From IMG/VR virus record IMGVR_UViG_3300022758_000035, positions 1-6,434 of that record: a DNA stretch of 6,434 bases; one strand, 5' to 3'. The stretch is from a virus. The notes below the pieces were generated by a model. The model was not told the DNA's origin. It saw only the letters and a program-made list of their open reading frames with translations, and did not search any database. Made by a program: the position numbers and the translations under genes. Positions 6,100-6,434 of the stretch are shown here, one piece after another; position 1 is the first letter of the stretch; every line of letters begins with the position of its first letter.

Positions 6100-6130
6100 C
6101 AAAGGTATGAGTTTTTTTTGTATTTCCAAA
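6100..6130 (-). promoter_or_regulatory. Bacteroides-type sigma-A promoter, TTTG-N19-TACCTTTG, driving the minus-strand gene cluster.
   Basis: The minus strand reads taTTTGgaaatacaaaaaaaactcaTACCTTTGcgcc. The -33 TTTG is at 6130..6127. The -7 TAnnTTTG is at 6107..6100. The spacer is exactly 19 nt (6108..6126). It is the only exact full match I found in the intergenic region, and it sits directly upstream of the first gene. Confidence 0.6.
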
Positions 6131-6179
6131 TAATTTTTTTTAGAAATTGTGGGGAAAGGACCATTTGTGATGGAGTGTG

Positions 6180-6247
6180 AGTTGTGCGTTTATGGACAAG
6201 AAATGGAGAATTCGAGAGGATAACTCGAATTTGCTTCGCACACAACT
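6180..6247. other. Nested imperfect stem-loop directly upstream of the main promoter.
   Basis: The outer arms are agttgtgcg (6180..6188) and cgcac-ac-aact (6237..6247), giving 5+4 bp with a 2-nt bulge. The inner hairpin is perfect over 8 bp: aattcgag (6209..6216), loop aggataa, ctcgaatt (6224..6231). Confidence 0.45.
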
Positions 6248-6271
6248 AGGGGCTTCGCTTAATTAACAAGT

Positions 6272-6292
6272 GGATGTATACAGGGGTGTATA
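6272..6292. repeat. Tandem GG(A/G)TGTATA motifs 12 nt apart, with a third copy at 105..113. Iteron-like.
   Basis: The copies are ggatgtata (6272..6280), gggtgtata (6284..6292) and gggtgtata (105..113, which is 6412..6420 in the repeat copy). All are in the same orientation and they flank the GC-rich hairpins. Confidence 0.4.
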
Positions 6293-6297
6293 GGCAC

Positions 6298-6319
6298 GGC
6301 AGATCAAATAGAATCTGCC
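6298..6319. other. Perfect 7-bp hairpin spanning the arbitrary contig start point.
   Basis: The structure is ggcagat (6298..6304), loop caaataga, atctgcc (6313..6319, equivalent to 6..12). It is visible only when the circle is closed. Confidence 0.5.
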
Positions 6320-6434
6320 TTTGCGCGCCGTCGCGCTAAAATACCGGGGCGGAACGCCCCTATAAGGAAGTCGCTCCGCTCCGTTTTTCGACCAAGCCCT
6401 ACGCGGGCGGCGGGTGTATATCGCTCAAACGCCG
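6308..6434. repeat. Terminal direct repeat, copy 2. Exact duplicate of 1..127, read as circular-contig overlap.
   Basis: Same evidence as copy 1: 127/127 identical by direct comparison. Confidence 0.9.

Noticed and set aside
6127-6129. TTG at 6129 as the start of the 95-aa ORF.
   Set aside because: The TTG is part of the -33 TTTG of a TTTG-N19-TAnnTTTG promoter, and the -7 box would fall inside the ORF. I prefer ATG 6048. This is not fully excluded, so the alternative is noted in the feature.
6272-6292. The TGTATA motifs as a dif/XerCD recombination site. TGTATA is the central hexamer of E. coli dif.
   Set aside because: The flanking sequence does not resemble the XerC/XerD arms (for example ..GCGCATAA / TTATGTTAAAT) and has no dyad symmetry around the hexamer. 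There are no host flanks or integrase to suggest a provirus. I kept the motifs only as iteron-like repeats.
6170-6434. A tRNA or other known small RNA gene in the structured intergenic region, or a CRISPR array.
   Set aside because: No cloverleaf can be drawn: there is no GTTCGAATC-type T-loop and no acceptor/anticodon arm arrangement. The ttcgag hairpin is a simple palindrome. There are no regularly spaced direct repeats with spacers.

Overview
The window is one complete circular ssDNA phage genome of the family Microviridae. The unit length is 6307 nt. Bases 1..127 are repeated exactly at 6308..6434, which I read as a circular-contig assembly overlap. All supported genes lie on the minus strand, so the packaged, mRNA-sense strand is the reverse complement of what is shown. 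Gene order on that strand: Bacteroides-type promoter (6130->6100), small acidic hypothetical protein, 27-aa transmembrane peptide, 102-aa zinc peptidase M15-like enzyme, replication initiator VP4 (560 aa, HUH and Y-x3-Y motifs), major capsid protein VP1 (577 aa), 147-aa VP3-position protein, VP2 pilot/minor capsid protein (371 aa), intrinsic terminator (447->417). The remaining roughly 635 nt is nominally noncoding but highly organised. It holds a roughly 59% GC island packed with short GC hairpins inside an AT-rich genome, GG(G/A)TGTATA repeats, a nested 68-nt stem-loop, and a possible extra promoter with a 50-aa ORF that falls below the ORF-track cutoff. No start codon has a Shine-Dalgarno sequence, the promoter fits TTTG-N19-TAnnTTTG, and the Rep is oversized. 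These point to a Bacteroidota-infecting, Alpavirinae-like microvirus; that host and clade assignment is inference. The most interesting item is a holin/endolysin-like two-gene module: a TM peptide whose stop overlaps the start of an M15 peptidase as ATGA. Microviruses are classically thought to lyse without a muralytic enzyme. No tRNA, rRNA, CRISPR array, transposase or integrase is visible.
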